A stretch of 60,406 bases of DNA, counting the filler. It is 6 parts of 6 records of this genome, joined end to end, with 100 filler letters (N's around TTAATTAATTAA, not from the genome) between each part and the next. Parts side by side here need not be neighbours in the genome. Positions count along the whole stretch, not along the records: positions 32,284 to 43,493 come from DRR723986_14318; positions 43,594 to 50,129 come from DRR723986_14331; positions 50,230 to 60,406 come from DRR723986_14333; 3 more parts are not named here. One strand, written 5' to 3'. Under the pieces are notes generated by a model, which saw only the letters and a list, made by a program, of their open reading frames with translations, did no database searches and was not told where the DNA came from. Each line of letters opens with the position of its first letter. The first letter of the stretch is position 1. Of the stretch, positions 39,421-50,557 are shown in pieces. A program made the translations under genes and the position numbers.

Positions 39421-40726
39421 ACTCATTACCCTTCTGATCGTCGTCGCGCTGCTGGCGCTGATGGCGCTGGGCGTTCCGCTCGGCATCACCACACTGACCG
39501 TGTCCCTGGCAACGGCGATCCTCTATTTCGGCGAACGTGCCGGTTTCTTCATCGTTGCTGCCAATGTCGGCGAGGTCCTGCACAAGTACGAGCTGATCGC
39601 CGTTCCCTTCTTTGTCTTCATGGCCAACGTCCTCGAGCGATCGGGGATCGCACAGTCACTGTTCGACAGCATGGCGATCCTGGGCGGGCGCTTCCGCGGT
39701 TCGGTCGCGGTGCAGACCTGTGTCGTCGCGGTGGTGCTGGCGGCAATGTCCGGCATCATGGGCGGCGAGATCGTCATGCTCGGCCTGATCGCGCTGCCGC
39801 AGATGCTGCGGCTCGGGTATGACCGCAAGCTGTCCATCGGCATCATCTGCGCTGCCGGTGCCTTAGCAACGCTGATCCCGCCCTCGGTCGTTCTGATCGT
39901 CTACGGTCTTGCGGCTCAGGTTTCGATCACCAAGCTCTTCGCCGCCTCCGCCGTGCCGGGGCTGATCCTCGCCAGCCTGTTCATCATCTACATCCTGATC
40001 CGGGTGCGCTTCAATCCGGCGCTGGCACCGATCTATGACATTCCCGAAACCGGTTTGCCGCTGTTCCAGCGCGTCAAGTTCCTGAAAGGGGTTGTTCTGC
40101 CAGGGCTTCTGATCGGTGCCGTGCTCGGGGTCATTTATTCCGGCATTGCCACCGTCACGGAGGCCGCGGCTGTCGGAGCCGTGGGTGCTCTCGTGGTTGC
40201 TGCCGTCCGCAATGAGCTTTCGTGGAAGATGGCACGTGACGCCATGCGCCAGACGGTGCTGACGGTTGGGTCCATCATCTGGCTGGTGCTGGGGGCCGTC
40301 TCGCTGATCGGCATCTACAACCGGATCGGCGGCGGCGAATTCCTGCGCGGCCTGCTGACATCCCTTGATATCGCACCGATCCTGGTCATCGTCGTCATGA
40401 TGCTGATCGTCATGGTACTCGGCACGTTCCTGGAATGGATCGCGATCATCTTCATCACCGTACCGATCTTTGCACCGGTGGTGGTGGATCTCGGCTTTGA
40501 TCCGGTCTGGTTCGGGGTGCTCTTTGCCATGAACATCCAGATCTACTACCTGTCGCCACCTTTCGGGCCAGCCTGTTTCTTCCTGAAATCCGTGGCGCCA
40601 AAAGATATCCAGCTGCAGGAAATCTTCGCCGCCGTGCTGCCGTTCATCGCCCTGCAGGCTGTCGGCCTGTTCCTGGTGCTGTTCTTCCCCGATCTGGCCC
40701 TGTGGCTGCCGAACCTGCTGGACTGA
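39410..40726 (+). CDS. dctM: TRAP transporter large permease
   Basis: LIAVPFFVFM, LIPPS, GFDPVWFG, LSPPFG; GTG start overlapping dctQ. Confidence 0.93.
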   Translation: MGIELITLLIVVALLALMALGVPLGITTLTVSLATAILYFGERAGFFIVAANVGEVLHKYELIAVPFFVFMANVLERSGIAQSLFDSMAILGGRFRGSVAVQTCVVAVVLAAMSGIMGGEIVMLGLIALPQMLRLGYDRKLSIGIICAAGALATLIPPSVVLIVYGLAAQVSITKLFAASAVPGLILASLFIIYILIRVRFNPALAPIYDIPETGLPLFQRVKFLKGVVLPGLLIGAVLGVIYSGIATVTEAAAVGAVGALVVAAVRNELSWKMARDAMRQTVLTVGSIIWLVLGAVSLIGIYNRIGGGEFLRGLLTSLDIAPILVIVVMMLIVMVLGTFLEWIAIIFITVPIFAPVVVDLGFDPVWFGVLFAMNIQIYYLSPPFGPACFFLKSVAPKDIQLQEIFAAVLPFIALQAVGLFLVLFFPDLALWLPNLLD

Positions 40727-40736
40727 GGAGGTTGAG

Positions 40737-40901
40737 ATGAAAATCACCGACAAGGATCTCACCCGCCAGGATGAGGATATCGCACCGGGAGAATTCGCGG
40801 ACGAAGAACGCCGCGACGACCGCTTCGGCAACTGGCCGGAGGTTGCAGGCCTCGTCTTCACCCTCATCGTCATCTGGCTGACCTTTGCCTTCACCGGATA
40901 A
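40737..40901 (+). CDS. 54-aa single-TM peptide (below the ORF-track cutoff)
   Basis: GAGGAGG RBS; MKITDKDLTRQDEDIAPGEFADEERRDDRFGNWPEVAGLVFTLIVIWLTFAFTG; fills the dctM-dehydratase gap. Confidence 0.8.
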   Translation: MKITDKDLTRQDEDIAPGEFADEERRDDRFGNWPEVAGLVFTLIVIWLTFAFTG

Positions 40902-40905
40902 AATC

Positions 40906-42639
40906 ATGACGCACAAAGCCCCAAAAGACTTACGATCCGCGCGCTGGTTCGCTCCTGACGATCTGCGCAGCTTCGGTCATCGCTCGCGGATGATGCAGCT
41001 CGGCTACTCGGAAGAGGACTTCCGTGACAAGCCGGTCATTGGCGTGCTCAACACTTGGTCGGAGCTGAACACCTGTCATTCCCACTTCAAGGAGCGGGTG
41101 CAGGACGTGAAGCGCGGCGTCTTCCAGGCGGGAGGCTTTCCCGTCGAAATGCCGTCGCTCTCGGTCGACGAAAGCTTCACCAAGCCGACCTCGATGCTCT
41201 ACCGCAACATGCTGGCCATGGAGACGGAGGAGATGATCCGTTCTCACCCGCTGGACGGCGTGGTGCTGATGGGAGGCTGTGACAAGACCACACCAGGTCT
41301 TGTCATGGGGGCGATCTCGGCGGGTGTTCCGATGGTCTATCTGCCGGCAGGCCCGATGTTGCGCGGCAACTACGCCGGCAAGATCCTGGGGTCGGGGTCC
41401 GATGCCTGGAAATACTGGGACGAGCGCCGGGCCGGCAACATTTCCGACGATGAATGGCTCGGGATCCAGGGTGGTATCGCCCGCTCGGCCGGCACCTGCA
41501 TGACCATGGGGACGGCTTCGACCATGACGGCCATTGCCGACGCAATGGGGCTGACCCTTCCGGGAGCATCTTCCATTCCGGCGGTTGATGCGGGCCATCA
41601 ACGCATGGGAGCCGATTGTGGCCGTCGCATCGTTGAGATGGTCTGGGAAGACCTGACACCGGATTGGATCATCACGGATGCCGCCTGCCGGAACGCCGCT
41701 GTCGTTGCGATGGCCACCGGCTGTTCCACCAATGCGGTCGTCCACCTTATCGCGATGGCGCGCCGGGCCGGTGTGGAGCTGTCGCTCGACGATCTGGACG
41801 CCCTTGGCCGGGTGACACCGCTGATCGCCAATGTGCGACCTTCCGGCAGGGACTACCTGATGGAGGATTTCTTCTATGCGGGCGGCCTGCGCGCGCTGAT
41901 GAAACAGATCGAGGACCGGCTGGATCTTTCCGCGCTGACCATCACCGGCAAGACGCTCGGTGAAAACCTGGAAGGCGCGGTCGTCTATAACGACGATGTC
42001 ATCCGACCTCTCTCCAACCCGGTGTACGAGGAAGGTTCGCTCGCCGTTCTGCGCGGGAACCTCTGCCCTGACGGGGCCGTGATCAAACCGGCGGCCTGCG
42101 ATCCGAAGTTCCATTTCCACGAAGGACCGGCCCTGGTCTTCGACAGCTACCCGGAAATGAAGGCGGCCATCGATGACGAGACCCTGGAGGTCACGCCAGA
42201 CCACGTCCTGGTGCTCCGCAATGCCGGGCCTCAGGGCGGGCCCGGTTTTCCCGAATGGGGCATGCTGCCGATCCCCAAGGCGTTGATCAAGCAGGGCCAT
42301 CGCGACATGCTGCGGATCTCCGATGCGCGCATGTCCGGCACCTCCTATGGTGCCTGCGTGCTGCATGTCGCGCCGGAAAGCTACGTCGGCGGACCGCTGG
42401 CGCTGCTGAAGACCGGTGACATCGTCCGGCTGGATCTCGCCAACCGCCGCCTCGATATGCTGGTGGACGAGGTGGAACTGGAGGCCCGCAGGGCCGCCTG
42501 GCAGGCCCCCGTGCCACGGTATGAGCGCGGCTATGGTTATCTCTTCCAGCGACACGTCACCCAGGCCGACAAGGGCTGCGACTTCGACTTCCTGCAATCC
42601 GACTTCGGCCGCACCGCCGGCGAACCCGATATCTACTGA
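40906..42639 (+). CDS. IlvD/Edd family sugar-acid dehydratase (L-arabinonate dehydratase-like)
   Basis: LRSARWF, GGCDKTTP, CMTMGTAS, STNAV, SDARMSGTSYG. Confidence 0.88.
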   Translation: MTHKAPKDLRSARWFAPDDLRSFGHRSRMMQLGYSEEDFRDKPVIGVLNTWSELNTCHSHFKERVQDVKRGVFQAGGFPVEMPSLSVDESFTKPTSMLYRNMLAMETEEMIRSHPLDGVVLMGGCDKTTPGLVMGAISAGVPMVYLPAGPMLRGNYAGKILGSGSDAWKYWDERRAGNISDDEWLGIQGGIARSAGTCMTMGTASTMTAIADAMGLTLPGASSIPAVDAGHQRMGADCGRRIVEMVWEDLTPDWIITDAACRNAAVVAMATGCSTNAVVHLIAMARRAGVELSLDDLDALGRVTPLIANVRPSGRDYLMEDFFYAGGLRALMKQIEDRLDLSALTITGKTLGENLEGAVVYNDDVIRPLSNPVYEEGSLAVLRGNLCPDGAVIKPAACDPKFHFHEGPALVFDSYPEMKAAIDDETLEVTPDHVLVLRNAGPQGGPGFPEWGMLPIPKALIKQGHRDMLRISDARMSGTSYGACVLHVAPESYVGGPLALLKTGDIVRLDLANRRLDMLVDEVELEARRAAWQAPVPRYERGYGYLFQRHVTQADKGCDFDFLQSDFGRTAGEPDIY

Positions 42640-42646
42640 GGACATC

Positions 42647-43372
42647 ATGAGCGACTACGCACTTTCCGACGACACCCGCGCGAAATTGAAAAAGGTCTCG
42701 ACGGCTTCCGTCGCGACGGCGCTCTACAAGCGCGGCCTGCGCAACCAGTTCATTCAGGGTGTGGTGCCGGTAGCCCCGAAAGACGAAAACATGGTCGGTC
42801 AGGCTTTCACGCTGCGCTACATCCCGGCTCGGGAAGACCGCAATCCGATCACGGTTTTTTGCAATCCGGACCATCCGCAGCGGGTTGCGATGGAAACCTG
42901 CCCGCCAGGCCACGTTCTGGTGATGGATGCGCGCAAGGATGCGCGCGCGGCAACGGCCGGTTCCATCTTGATCACCCGGCTGGCGCTACGTGGCGCTGCC
43001 GGCGTTGTCTCCGACGGTGGTTTCCGGGACGCGGAAGGTATCGGCGCACTCGACATGCCCGCCTATTACGCCAAGCCCTCAGCTCCGACCAACCTGACCC
43101 TGCATGAGGCGCTGGACATCAACGTGCCGATTTCCTGCGGCGATGCTCCGGTCTTCCCCGGGGACGTTCTGGTCGGCGACAAGGATGGCGTCATGGTGAT
43201 CCCTGCACATCTGGCCGACGAGCTTGCGGACGAATGCACCGGCATGGAGAGCTTTGAGGATTTCGTGCTGGAAGAAGTAAAGGCTGGAACGCCGATCATC
43301 GGTCTCTATCCGCCGACAAAGGAAGAGAACGTGCAGAAATACGAAGCCTGGCGACAGAAAACCGGGCGGTAG
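42647..43372 (+). CDS. RraA-like / HMG-CHA aldolase family protein
   Basis: GQAFTLRYIP, GAAGVVSDGGFRD, VFPGDVLVGDKDGVMVIP. Confidence 0.85.
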   Translation: MSDYALSDDTRAKLKKVSTASVATALYKRGLRNQFIQGVVPVAPKDENMVGQAFTLRYIPAREDRNPITVFCNPDHPQRVAMETCPPGHVLVMDARKDARAATAGSILITRLALRGAAGVVSDGGFRDAEGIGALDMPAYYAKPSAPTNLTLHEALDINVPISCGDAPVFPGDVLVGDKDGVMVIPAHLADELADECTGMESFEDFVLEEVKAGTPIIGLYPPTKEENVQKYEAWRQKTGR

Positions 43373-43464
43373 GGGGGCGTGAGCCGCAATGAAGCCGTCG
43401 CGGGTCGAATGGGCCGATGCGTTGTTTGGCGCTTTCGTTACCCAGACCCACGCTACACTCACAT

Positions 43465-43493
43465 CCTCATCCTGAGGAAGCGCGAAGCGCTGT
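43465..43493 (+). repeat. Truncated alphaproteobacterial intergenic palindromic repeat
   Basis: CCTCATCCTGAGG-AAGCGCGAAGCGCT nested hairpins at the contig end. Confidence 0.55.
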
Positions 43494-43593
43494 NNNNNNN
43501 NNNNNNNNNNNNNNNNNNNNNNNNNNNNNNNNNNNNNTTAATTAATTAANNNNNNNNNNNNNNNNNNNNNNNNNNNNNNNNNNNNNNNNNNNN
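43494..43593. other. Artificial contig linker
   Basis: Same linker pattern. Confidence 0.99.
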
Positions 43594-43702
43594 TCTGGTC
43601 GAGGTCGCGCCGGATTATGACCATTCGGGCAGCACGTCGACATTGGCGGCCCAGATCCTGATGAACCTGATTGGTCGAATTCTGCATCACCGCAAAAGCT
43701 AA
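43594..43702 (+). CDS. C-terminus of an agmatinase/ureohydrolase family protein
   Basis: LVEVAPDYDHSGSTSTLAAQILMNLIGRILHHRKS*. Confidence 0.75.
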
Positions 43703-43741
43703 ATCACGTGGCCCCCGCGCGGTTTTGAGAATGCGTGGGGG

Positions 43742-44461
43742 TCAGTAACTTGTCGACATCCGATAGCCGGGATGGAACGTCATACGCACAAACGTTACGG
43801 GCTGATTCTGAAACCAGGTTGTGCGCTCCATCTGGATCACTGGGGTCGCGGGTTGGGTGGCGAGGAATTCAGTCAGCGTGGCATCCGTCGCAATGGCTGA
43901 AAACCCGATTTCGGCGTTGGAAAACGGAACTTCGGACAACAGCCATTCATTCGGCCCGGTTTCTTTGAAATCCTGATGCAAGACATCAGGGACAGCGGCG
44001 ATGTTGATCCAGCGTTCTTCGAACTGAAATGGCCGGTTGTCCGCATAGTGCATGCATTTGATGTGCAGGGTTTGGGCATCGTTTGGCAGATCTAGGCGCG
44101 AGCTGAGCCATGCCGGGGCAGGGATCTGTTCCAGTTTCAGCAGGGAATAGCGGTATTGCGCATTCATTTCTTGGACCAGATGGCGGACCACCGCGATTTC
44201 GAATTTTGCCTGTTTCACCGGGGCGGTGTTGACGCGGGTGCCGCTTTTGCGTTTGCGGTCAACGATGCCGCGGTCCGCAAGTTCGCGCATGGCGCGGTTG
44301 ACGGTGGCACGCGCGCAGCCAAATTCCTCGGCCAGTTCAAATTCGGTGGGCAACAGCGTACCTTGGGGCCAGACACGATCTTGGATGCGTCGGATAACCT
44401 CGTCTCGGACGTCTTGAAAGCTGACCTTTTTGGCTGGCACGGGATGTCCTTTGGTTTGCAT
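43742..44461 (-). CDS. hutC: Histidine utilisation repressor (GntR/UTRA)
   Basis: LPTEFELAEEFGCARATVNRA; FEERWIN; hut context. Confidence 0.88.
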   Translation of the reverse strand: MQTKGHPVPAKKVSFQDVRDEVIRRIQDRVWPQGTLLPTEFELAEEFGCARATVNRAMRELADRGIVDRKRKSGTRVNTAPVKQAKFEIAVVRHLVQEMNAQYRYSLLKLEQIPAPAWLSSRLDLPNDAQTLHIKCMHYADNRPFQFEERWINIAAVPDVLHQDFKETGPNEWLLSEVPFSNAEIGFSAIATDATLTEFLATQPATPVIQMERTTWFQNQPVTFVRMTFHPGYRMSTSY

Positions 44462-44523
44462 TATGTTGCGATTATGTGAAATATGTCTGCTTTTATGGTG
44501 AATTGCAAAGGGATTGCTAGATC

Positions 44524-45060
44524 ATGCGCTTTGATGCCGCGACTTGTGAACCGAGACCTTGGAAAAACCACGGGGGAGTGACCCGCGAGCTGGTGCATCG
44601 CGCAGATGCGGGGCAAACCCTTTGGCGGCTCAGCCTGGCCGATATCGATCGTGATGGCGCGTTCTCTGCCTTTCCCGGATTTGAGCGGATTCACACCATC
44701 ATATTAGGGCAGGGCCTGACGCTCACGGATGATGACACAACCCTGCTGGCCCGCCCATGTGAGCCGTTGGTCTTTTCCGGGGAACTGGCGCTGTCTGCGA
44801 CTTTGACGAACGGGCCATGTCGGGCGTTCAACGTGATTTACGACCCGCTAAAGATACAGGCCGAGGCCACAATCGTTGAAACCGGAGAGGTCAGGCATGG
44901 CTCCGATCAGGCAGTTCTTTTCGTGATCAAGGGCCGTGCCGCGTTGGAGGGGGGCGGCATGTTGGAGGCCGGACAGGGCATCCTGTGGGACGCCCCGGCA
45001 AGCGCAAACTTAGAATCCGGGGCGATGGGGTTGTGTGTGAGGCTGAAACCGCTGGATTAA
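44524..45060 (+). CDS. hutD: HutD family protein
   Basis: PWKNHGGVTRE, WRLSLADI..DGAFSAFPG. Confidence 0.9.
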   Translation: MRFDAATCEPRPWKNHGGVTRELVHRADAGQTLWRLSLADIDRDGAFSAFPGFERIHTIILGQGLTLTDDDTTLLARPCEPLVFSGELALSATLTNGPCRAFNVIYDPLKIQAEATIVETGEVRHGSDQAVLFVIKGRAALEGGGMLEAGQGILWDAPASANLESGAMGLCVRLKPLD

Positions 45061-46424
45061 AGCGCGGCCAAGAGACCTGTAATGGCGTGGCGATAGTTGG
45101 CGATAATCGTGTCGCGTTCTATATGGCGGCCATTTTGAACCTGATGACGCCCGGCAGACCAGACATCGCTGACAACATCGTCGCCTGCAGCAAAGCACAG
45201 GCCATCAAGGATCTGATCCTCCTGCAGGGCGAGCAGGGCAGGGGTGTCGGTTTGGATCGCGACAAGGTCAGCCAGCGCGCCGACCTCGATCCGGCCAGCA
45301 GACCGGCCAAGCGCCTGCGCACCGCCTTCGGCTGCGCCGAGATACAAAACATCGCCCACCGATCCTTCGCCGGGGATGATGACATTGCGGCCCAGATCTC
45401 GCAGGCGTTGCGAATATTCCAACAGGCGCAACTCTTCTGTCAGGGAAATGCGAACGTTGGAATCAGACCCGACCCCAAAGGCGCCCCCGGCTGCAAGGTA
45501 TTCCACACCGTTAAAAGGGCCATCGCCCAGATTGGCCTCGGTGATCGGGCACAACCCTGCAATCGCACCGGATTTGGCCATGTCGCGGGTTTCGTCTGAG
45601 GTCATATGCGTGGCGTGGATCAGGCACCATTGATCATCAACAGGCGCATTTTGCAGCAACCATTCCACGGGACGTGCCCCCAGCCAGTCCTGAATATCGG
45701 TCACTTCTTTGGGCTGTTCCGAGATGTGGATATGCACCGGATTGCTGTTCTGGATTTCCAGAACGGCATTCAGATCGGCGGGGCTGGTTGCGCGCAGGCT
45801 GTGGGGCGCGATGCCGACTTTGGCATCGGCTCCAAGAGTTTCGGCGGCCTTGGCGCGGGCCTGAGCAACGAGAGATTTGAATTGATCCACGGTATTGCCA
45901 AACCGCATTTGCCCCCCGCTCAGTTCGGCCTGTCCAGCGGCGCCATAGGTGTAAAGCACCGGGAGGTGGGTCAGACCGATGCCGGTTTGGCCAGCAGCGG
46001 CAAACACACGTTCGCTGAGTTCTGTTTCGCTGTCGAACCGGGCGCCGCCCGGTTGGTGATGGACATAGTGGAATTCACCAACCGAGGCATATCCTGCCTC
46101 TTGCATTTCCATGAACACAAGGGCCGCGATGGCCTGATACTGTTCCGGCGTCACATGGTCCATGAATTGATACATCAGCGTGCGCCATGTCCAGAAACTG
46201 TCTTTTCCGGCGGCGCGCACCTCGGTCATGCCAGCCATCGCGCGTTGAAAGCTGTGCGAGTGCAGATTGGCCAGTGATGGCAGCAGAGTGTCCACTTTGA
46301 CATCGCTCGGTTGCGGGGTTTGATCCGCCTCCAGCTTGGCGATCTTACCGTCGGTAACGCTGAGGCGCAGATTGTGCAGCCAACCAGACGGAGTGCGGGC
46401 GCGTTCAGCGAAAATGGTCTGCAT
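45057..46424 (-). CDS. hutF: Formimidoylglutamate deiminase
   Basis: NLHSHSFQRAMAG, GEFHYVHH, CPITEANLGDG. Confidence 0.95.
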   Translation of the reverse strand: MQTIFAERARTPSGWLHNLRLSVTDGKIAKLEADQTPQPSDVKVDTLLPSLANLHSHSFQRAMAGMTEVRAAGKDSFWTWRTLMYQFMDHVTPEQYQAIAALVFMEMQEAGYASVGEFHYVHHQPGGARFDSETELSERVFAAAGQTGIGLTHLPVLYTYGAAGQAELSGGQMRFGNTVDQFKSLVAQARAKAAETLGADAKVGIAPHSLRATSPADLNAVLEIQNSNPVHIHISEQPKEVTDIQDWLGARPVEWLLQNAPVDDQWCLIHATHMTSDETRDMAKSGAIAGLCPITEANLGDGPFNGVEYLAAGGAFGVGSDSNVRISLTEELRLLEYSQRLRDLGRNVIIPGEGSVGDVLYLGAAEGGAQALGRSAGRIEVGALADLVAIQTDTPALLALQEDQILDGLCFAAGDDVVSDVWSAGRHQVQNGRHIERDTIIANYRHAITGLLAAL

Positions 46425-46433
46425 CGGGTTTCC

Positions 46434-46449
46434 TTATGTCTAGACATAA
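46434..46449. promoter_or_regulatory. HutC operator
   Basis: Perfect palindrome TTATGTCTAGACATAA between divergent hutF and hutI. Confidence 0.85.
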
Positions 46450-46499
46450 CGATTTTAATCACATACCTTGCCGCCCAGCAAGACAATTGAGAGGGCGCG

Positions 46500-47714
46500 A
46501 TGTCAGATCAGGCGGGATATGTATTAACGCAGGCCACTCTGGCCACGATGACACCGGGAGGAGAGGCCTATGGGCTGATTCCCAATGGGGCGATTGTGGT
46601 AGGCGACGGGCGTATTTCTTGGGTGGGGGCTTTGGCTGATCTGCCTGCTGAACATGCGACTTTGCCGCGCCAAGATCTGGGCGGGCGTCTGGTCACACCG
46701 GGATTTGTGGATTGTCACACGCATATCGTTTTTGGTGGCGATCGCGCGATGGAGTTCGAAATGCGCCTGAACGGGGCCTCTTACGAAGAGGTCGCGCGCG
46801 CAGGTGGGGGCATTGTCTCAACCGTGACCGCCACGCGCACCGCGTCGCTAGAGGATCTGGTCGCAGGTGCATTGCCGCGTCTGGACACATTGATTGGCGA
46901 AGGCGCTACGGTGGTCGAGGTGAAATCCGGCTATGGGTTAGACTGCGAAACCGAACTGAACATGTTGCGTGCTGCGCGCCGTTTGGCTGAACTGCGTCCG
47001 GTTCAGATCCGCACGACGTTCTTGGGGGCCCATGCCACGCCCGCGGAATACAAAGACCGCGATGATGCCTATATCGACGAAATCTGCATTCCAACCCTGC
47101 GCGCGGCCCATGCCGAGGGACTGGTCGATGCAGTTGATGGATTTTGCGAAGGGATCGCGTTTAACGCGGCGCAGATTGAACGCGTGTTTAAAGTCGCCCA
47201 AGAACTTGAGCTGCCGGTCAAGCTGCATGCCGAACAGCTGAGCCATATGGGCGGTACAGCTTTGGCCGCTGAATACGGTGCGTTGTCGGTGGACCACGTG
47301 GAATACGCAACAGAAGACGACGCGCGCGCCATGGCTGACAGCGGGTCGATTGCCGTGATCCTGCCCGGTGCATTCTATACCATTCGCGAAACACAGGCCC
47401 CGCCGATTGCACATTTCCGCAGCCATGGCGTGCCGATGGCACTGGCCACGGATTGCAATCCGGGATCATCGCCGCTGACCTCGCTTTTGTTGACCATGAA
47501 CATGGGCTGCACCCTGTTCCGCATGACCCCCGAAGAAGCGCTGGCCGGTGTGACCCGCAATGCGGCCCGCGCTTTGGGCGTGGCCGACGCCGGGCAAATC
47601 GCGCCGGGGTTCCGGGCTGATCTGGCGATCTGGGATGTCAAAACACCCGGTGAACTGGCCTATCGCATCGGTTTCAACCCGCTTCATTCCCGCATTTACG
47701 AAGGTGCAAAATGA
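46500..47714 (+). CDS. hutI: Imidazolonepropionase
   Basis: [28 protein letters not shown]. Confidence 0.95.
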   Translation: MSDQAGYVLTQATLATMTPGGEAYGLIPNGAIVVGDGRISWVGALADLPAEHATLPRQDLGGRLVTPGFVDCHTHIVFGGDRAMEFEMRLNGASYEEVARAGGGIVSTVTATRTASLEDLVAGALPRLDTLIGEGATVVEVKSGYGLDCETELNMLRAARRLAELRPVQIRTTFLGAHATPAEYKDRDDAYIDEICIPTLRAAHAEGLVDAVDGFCEGIAFNAAQIERVFKVAQELELPVKLHAEQLSHMGGTALAAEYGALSVDHVEYATEDDARAMADSGSIAVILPGAFYTIRETQAPPIAHFRSHGVPMALATDCNPGSSPLTSLLLTMNMGCTLFRMTPEEALAGVTRNAARALGVADAGQIAPGFRADLAIWDVKTPGELAYRIGFNPLHSRIYEGAK

Positions 47715-49234
47715 CCAATCTTGTTCCCGGCGCCGTGACGCTGGACACCCTCAAGGATATCTACCGCAACCTTACCCCGGCACGTCTGGATGACAGCGCC
47801 CGGGCAGGGGTCGAAGCCGCCGCCCAAATGGTGGCGGATGCGGCTGCAGGCGAAGAAGCGGTGTATGGTATCAATACCGGTTTCGGCAAACTCGCCAGTA
47901 AGAAAATCGCACCTGAAGACACTGAAACTCTGCAGCGCAACCTGATCCTGAGCCATTGCTGTGGTGTGGGTGAGCCGCTGCCCGAAGACAAAACCCGCCT
48001 GATGATGACGCTTAAACTGTTGTCGATGGGGCGCGGGGCGTCTGGGGTTCGGTGGCTTGTGATTCATCAGATTGAGGAAATGTTGTCACGCGGCGTGATC
48101 CCCGTGATTCCATCGCAAGGGTCGGTGGGTGCATCGGGCGATTTGGCCCCGCTGGCACATATGGCTGCGGCTATGATCGGCGCGGGTGAGGCCACGTACA
48201 ACGGCCAGCGTCTGCCATCTTCGGTGGCTTTGGCCGAGGCTGGGATGAAGCCAATTGTTCTGGGCCCAAAAGAGGGGCTGGGGCTGATCAACGGCACACA
48301 GTTCTCGACGGCTTGTGCATTGGCTGGTCTGTTTGATGGCTGGCGAATGGCCGAGGCGTCGATGGTGATCGCATCCATGTCGACAGACGCGATCATGGGC
48401 TCAACGGCGCCCTTGATCGCCGACATTCACACCCTGCGCGGACATGCGGGACAAATTGATGTCGCGCGTGAAATGCGCGCCATTATGGACGGCTCGGTTA
48501 TCCGGGAAAGCCATCGCGACGATGACCAACGCGTACAGGACCCGTATTGCATCCGTTGTCAGCCACAAGTCGTGGGCGCGGCATTGGATGTGTTGCGGAT
48601 GGCAGCGAAAACGCTTGAGATTGAAGCCAATGCCGTGACTGATAACCCGCTGGTTCTGGTGAACGAAGGGCGCATCGTTTCGGGTGGGAACTTCCATGCG
48701 GAATACGTAGGCTTTGCGGCGGATCAGATTGCTTTGGCGGTTGCCGAAATTGGCGCGATTGCGCAGCGTCGCGTGGCGCTGATGGTTGATCCGACGTTGT
48801 CCTATGATCTGCCGCCGTTCCTGACACCTGATCCGGGCTTGAATTCAGGCTTTATGATCGCCGAAGTCACAACCGCTGCGTTGATGAGTGAAAACAAGCA
48901 TCTGGCCAACCCATGCGTGACAGATTCAACGCCAACTTCAGCCAACCAGGAAGATCACGTATCAATGGCGGCCCATGGCGCGTTGCGTCTGAAACGGATG
49001 AACGACAACCTGTCGGTAATTCTGGGCGTCGAATTGCTGTGTGCCGCACAAGGCGTTGAGGCGCGCGCGCCATTGGTGACCTCGGATCGTCTCAGCCATG
49101 TCATCGCGCATCTGCGGACCAAGGTCGAAACATTGGCCGAAGATCGCTATCTGGCACCCGATATTGAAACCGCAAGCGCCATGGTGCGAGCCGGTGAAAT
49201 CGCTGGTGCGGCTGGTCTTGAGGTCATGCCATGA
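47711..49234 (+). CDS. hutH: Histidine ammonia-lyase
   Basis: [11 protein letters not shown] motif [28 protein letters not shown]. Confidence 0.96.
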   Translation: MTNLVPGAVTLDTLKDIYRNLTPARLDDSARAGVEAAAQMVADAAAGEEAVYGINTGFGKLASKKIAPEDTETLQRNLILSHCCGVGEPLPEDKTRLMMTLKLLSMGRGASGVRWLVIHQIEEMLSRGVIPVIPSQGSVGASGDLAPLAHMAAAMIGAGEATYNGQRLPSSVALAEAGMKPIVLGPKEGLGLINGTQFSTACALAGLFDGWRMAEASMVIASMSTDAIMGSTAPLIADIHTLRGHAGQIDVAREMRAIMDGSVIRESHRDDDQRVQDPYCIRCQPQVVGAALDVLRMAAKTLEIEANAVTDNPLVLVNEGRIVSGGNFHAEYVGFAADQIALAVAEIGAIAQRRVALMVDPTLSYDLPPFLTPDPGLNSGFMIAEVTTAALMSENKHLANPCVTDSTPTSANQEDHVSMAAHGALRLKRMNDNLSVILGVELLCAAQGVEARAPLVTSDRLSHVIAHLRTKVETLAEDRYLAPDIETASAMVRAGEIAGAAGLEVMP

Positions 49235-50022
49235 GTTTGACCTTGGACATCAAACAAGGTGACAGCCCACTGGTGTTGGGCTTGCCCCACACCGGGACGG
49301 ATGTGCCGGCTGATGTGGGGGCCACGTTGAACGACGTTGGTCATGCCTTGGCAGACACAGATTGGCACATTCACGATCTATATGACGGGTTGGTGGACGG
49401 GGTGTCATCTGTTCGCACACCAGTGCATCGTTATGTCATCGACGTGAACCGCGACCCGTCCGGGGTTAGCCTCTATCCCGGTCAGAACACCACGACGCTG
49501 TGCCCCCTGACGGATTTTGATGGCAATGACATCTATCTGCCGGGGCAAAAGCCTGATGCGGCCGAGATTGAGCGCCGCCGTCTTGTATATCACGCGCCCT
49601 ATCACGCGGCGCTTGAGGCGGAATTGACCCGTGTGAAGGCGATCCATGGGTTTGCCATCCTGTATGACTGCCACTCGATCCGGGGGGACATTCCGTTCCT
49701 GTTTGACGGGCGTTTGCCGGATTTCAATGTGGGCACCAATCTGGGCACAACCTGTGACCCTGCTCTTGAGTCGATGGTGGTGGCGCGGTGCCAAGCGGCT
49801 GACGGATACACCGATATCCTGAACGGACGTTTCAAAGGTGGTTGGACCACGCGGCATTACGGCAGGCCGCTTGATGGGATGCACGCGATTCAAATGGAAC
49901 TGGCCCAAGCCACCTATTGCGATGAGGTTCCGCCATGGACCTTTCGCCCCGCGCGCGCGGAGGCTCTGCGCGCTCATCTCACAGATATTCTGACAGACCT
50001 CAGCCAATGGAGACCCGCATGA
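49231..50022 (+). CDS. hutG: N-formylglutamate deformylase
   Basis: [30 protein letters not shown]. Confidence 0.93.
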   Translation: MSLTLDIKQGDSPLVLGLPHTGTDVPADVGATLNDVGHALADTDWHIHDLYDGLVDGVSSVRTPVHRYVIDVNRDPSGVSLYPGQNTTTLCPLTDFDGNDIYLPGQKPDAAEIERRRLVYHAPYHAALEAELTRVKAIHGFAILYDCHSIRGDIPFLFDGRLPDFNVGTNLGTTCDPALESMVVARCQAADGYTDILNGRFKGGWTTRHYGRPLDGMHAIQMELAQATYCDEVPPWTFRPARAEALRAHLTDILTDLSQWRPA

Positions 50023-50129
50023 GCGATCCCCGCAAAAACACCCGCGATATTTTCCCGCCCACCGGCACTGAGATCACGGCCAAAAGCTGGCTGACCGAAG
50101 CGCCGATGCGGATGCTGATGAACAACCTG
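50019..50129 (+). CDS. hutU: Urocanate hydratase (5' fragment)
   Basis: [17 protein letters not shown]. Confidence 0.9.
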
Positions 50130-50229
50130 NNNNNNNNNNNNNNNNNNNNNNNNNNNNNNNNNNNNNNNNNNNNTTAATTAATTAANNNNNNNNNNNNNNN
50201 NNNNNNNNNNNNNNNNNNNNNNNNNNNNN
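50130..50229. other. Artificial contig linker
   Basis: Same linker pattern. Confidence 0.99.
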
Positions 50230-50494
<265 letters not shown>

Positions 50495-50507
50495 GCGTGC
50501 CACCACG

Positions 50508-50535
50508 AAAAAGGCGCCCCATGGGGCGCCTTTTT
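50508..50535. terminator. Bidirectional intrinsic terminator
   Basis: AAAAAGGCGCCCC-AT-GGGGCGCCTTTTT between convergent genes. Confidence 0.9.
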
Positions 50536-50557
50536 ACAAAGCCACCAGGCGTTTAAC

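Noticed and set aside
8207-50229. Five copies of TTAATTAATTAA flanked by N runs as a biological repeat
   Set aside because: Identical 100-bp artificial linkers; genes are truncated at them and composition changes, so no functional links across segments were inferred.
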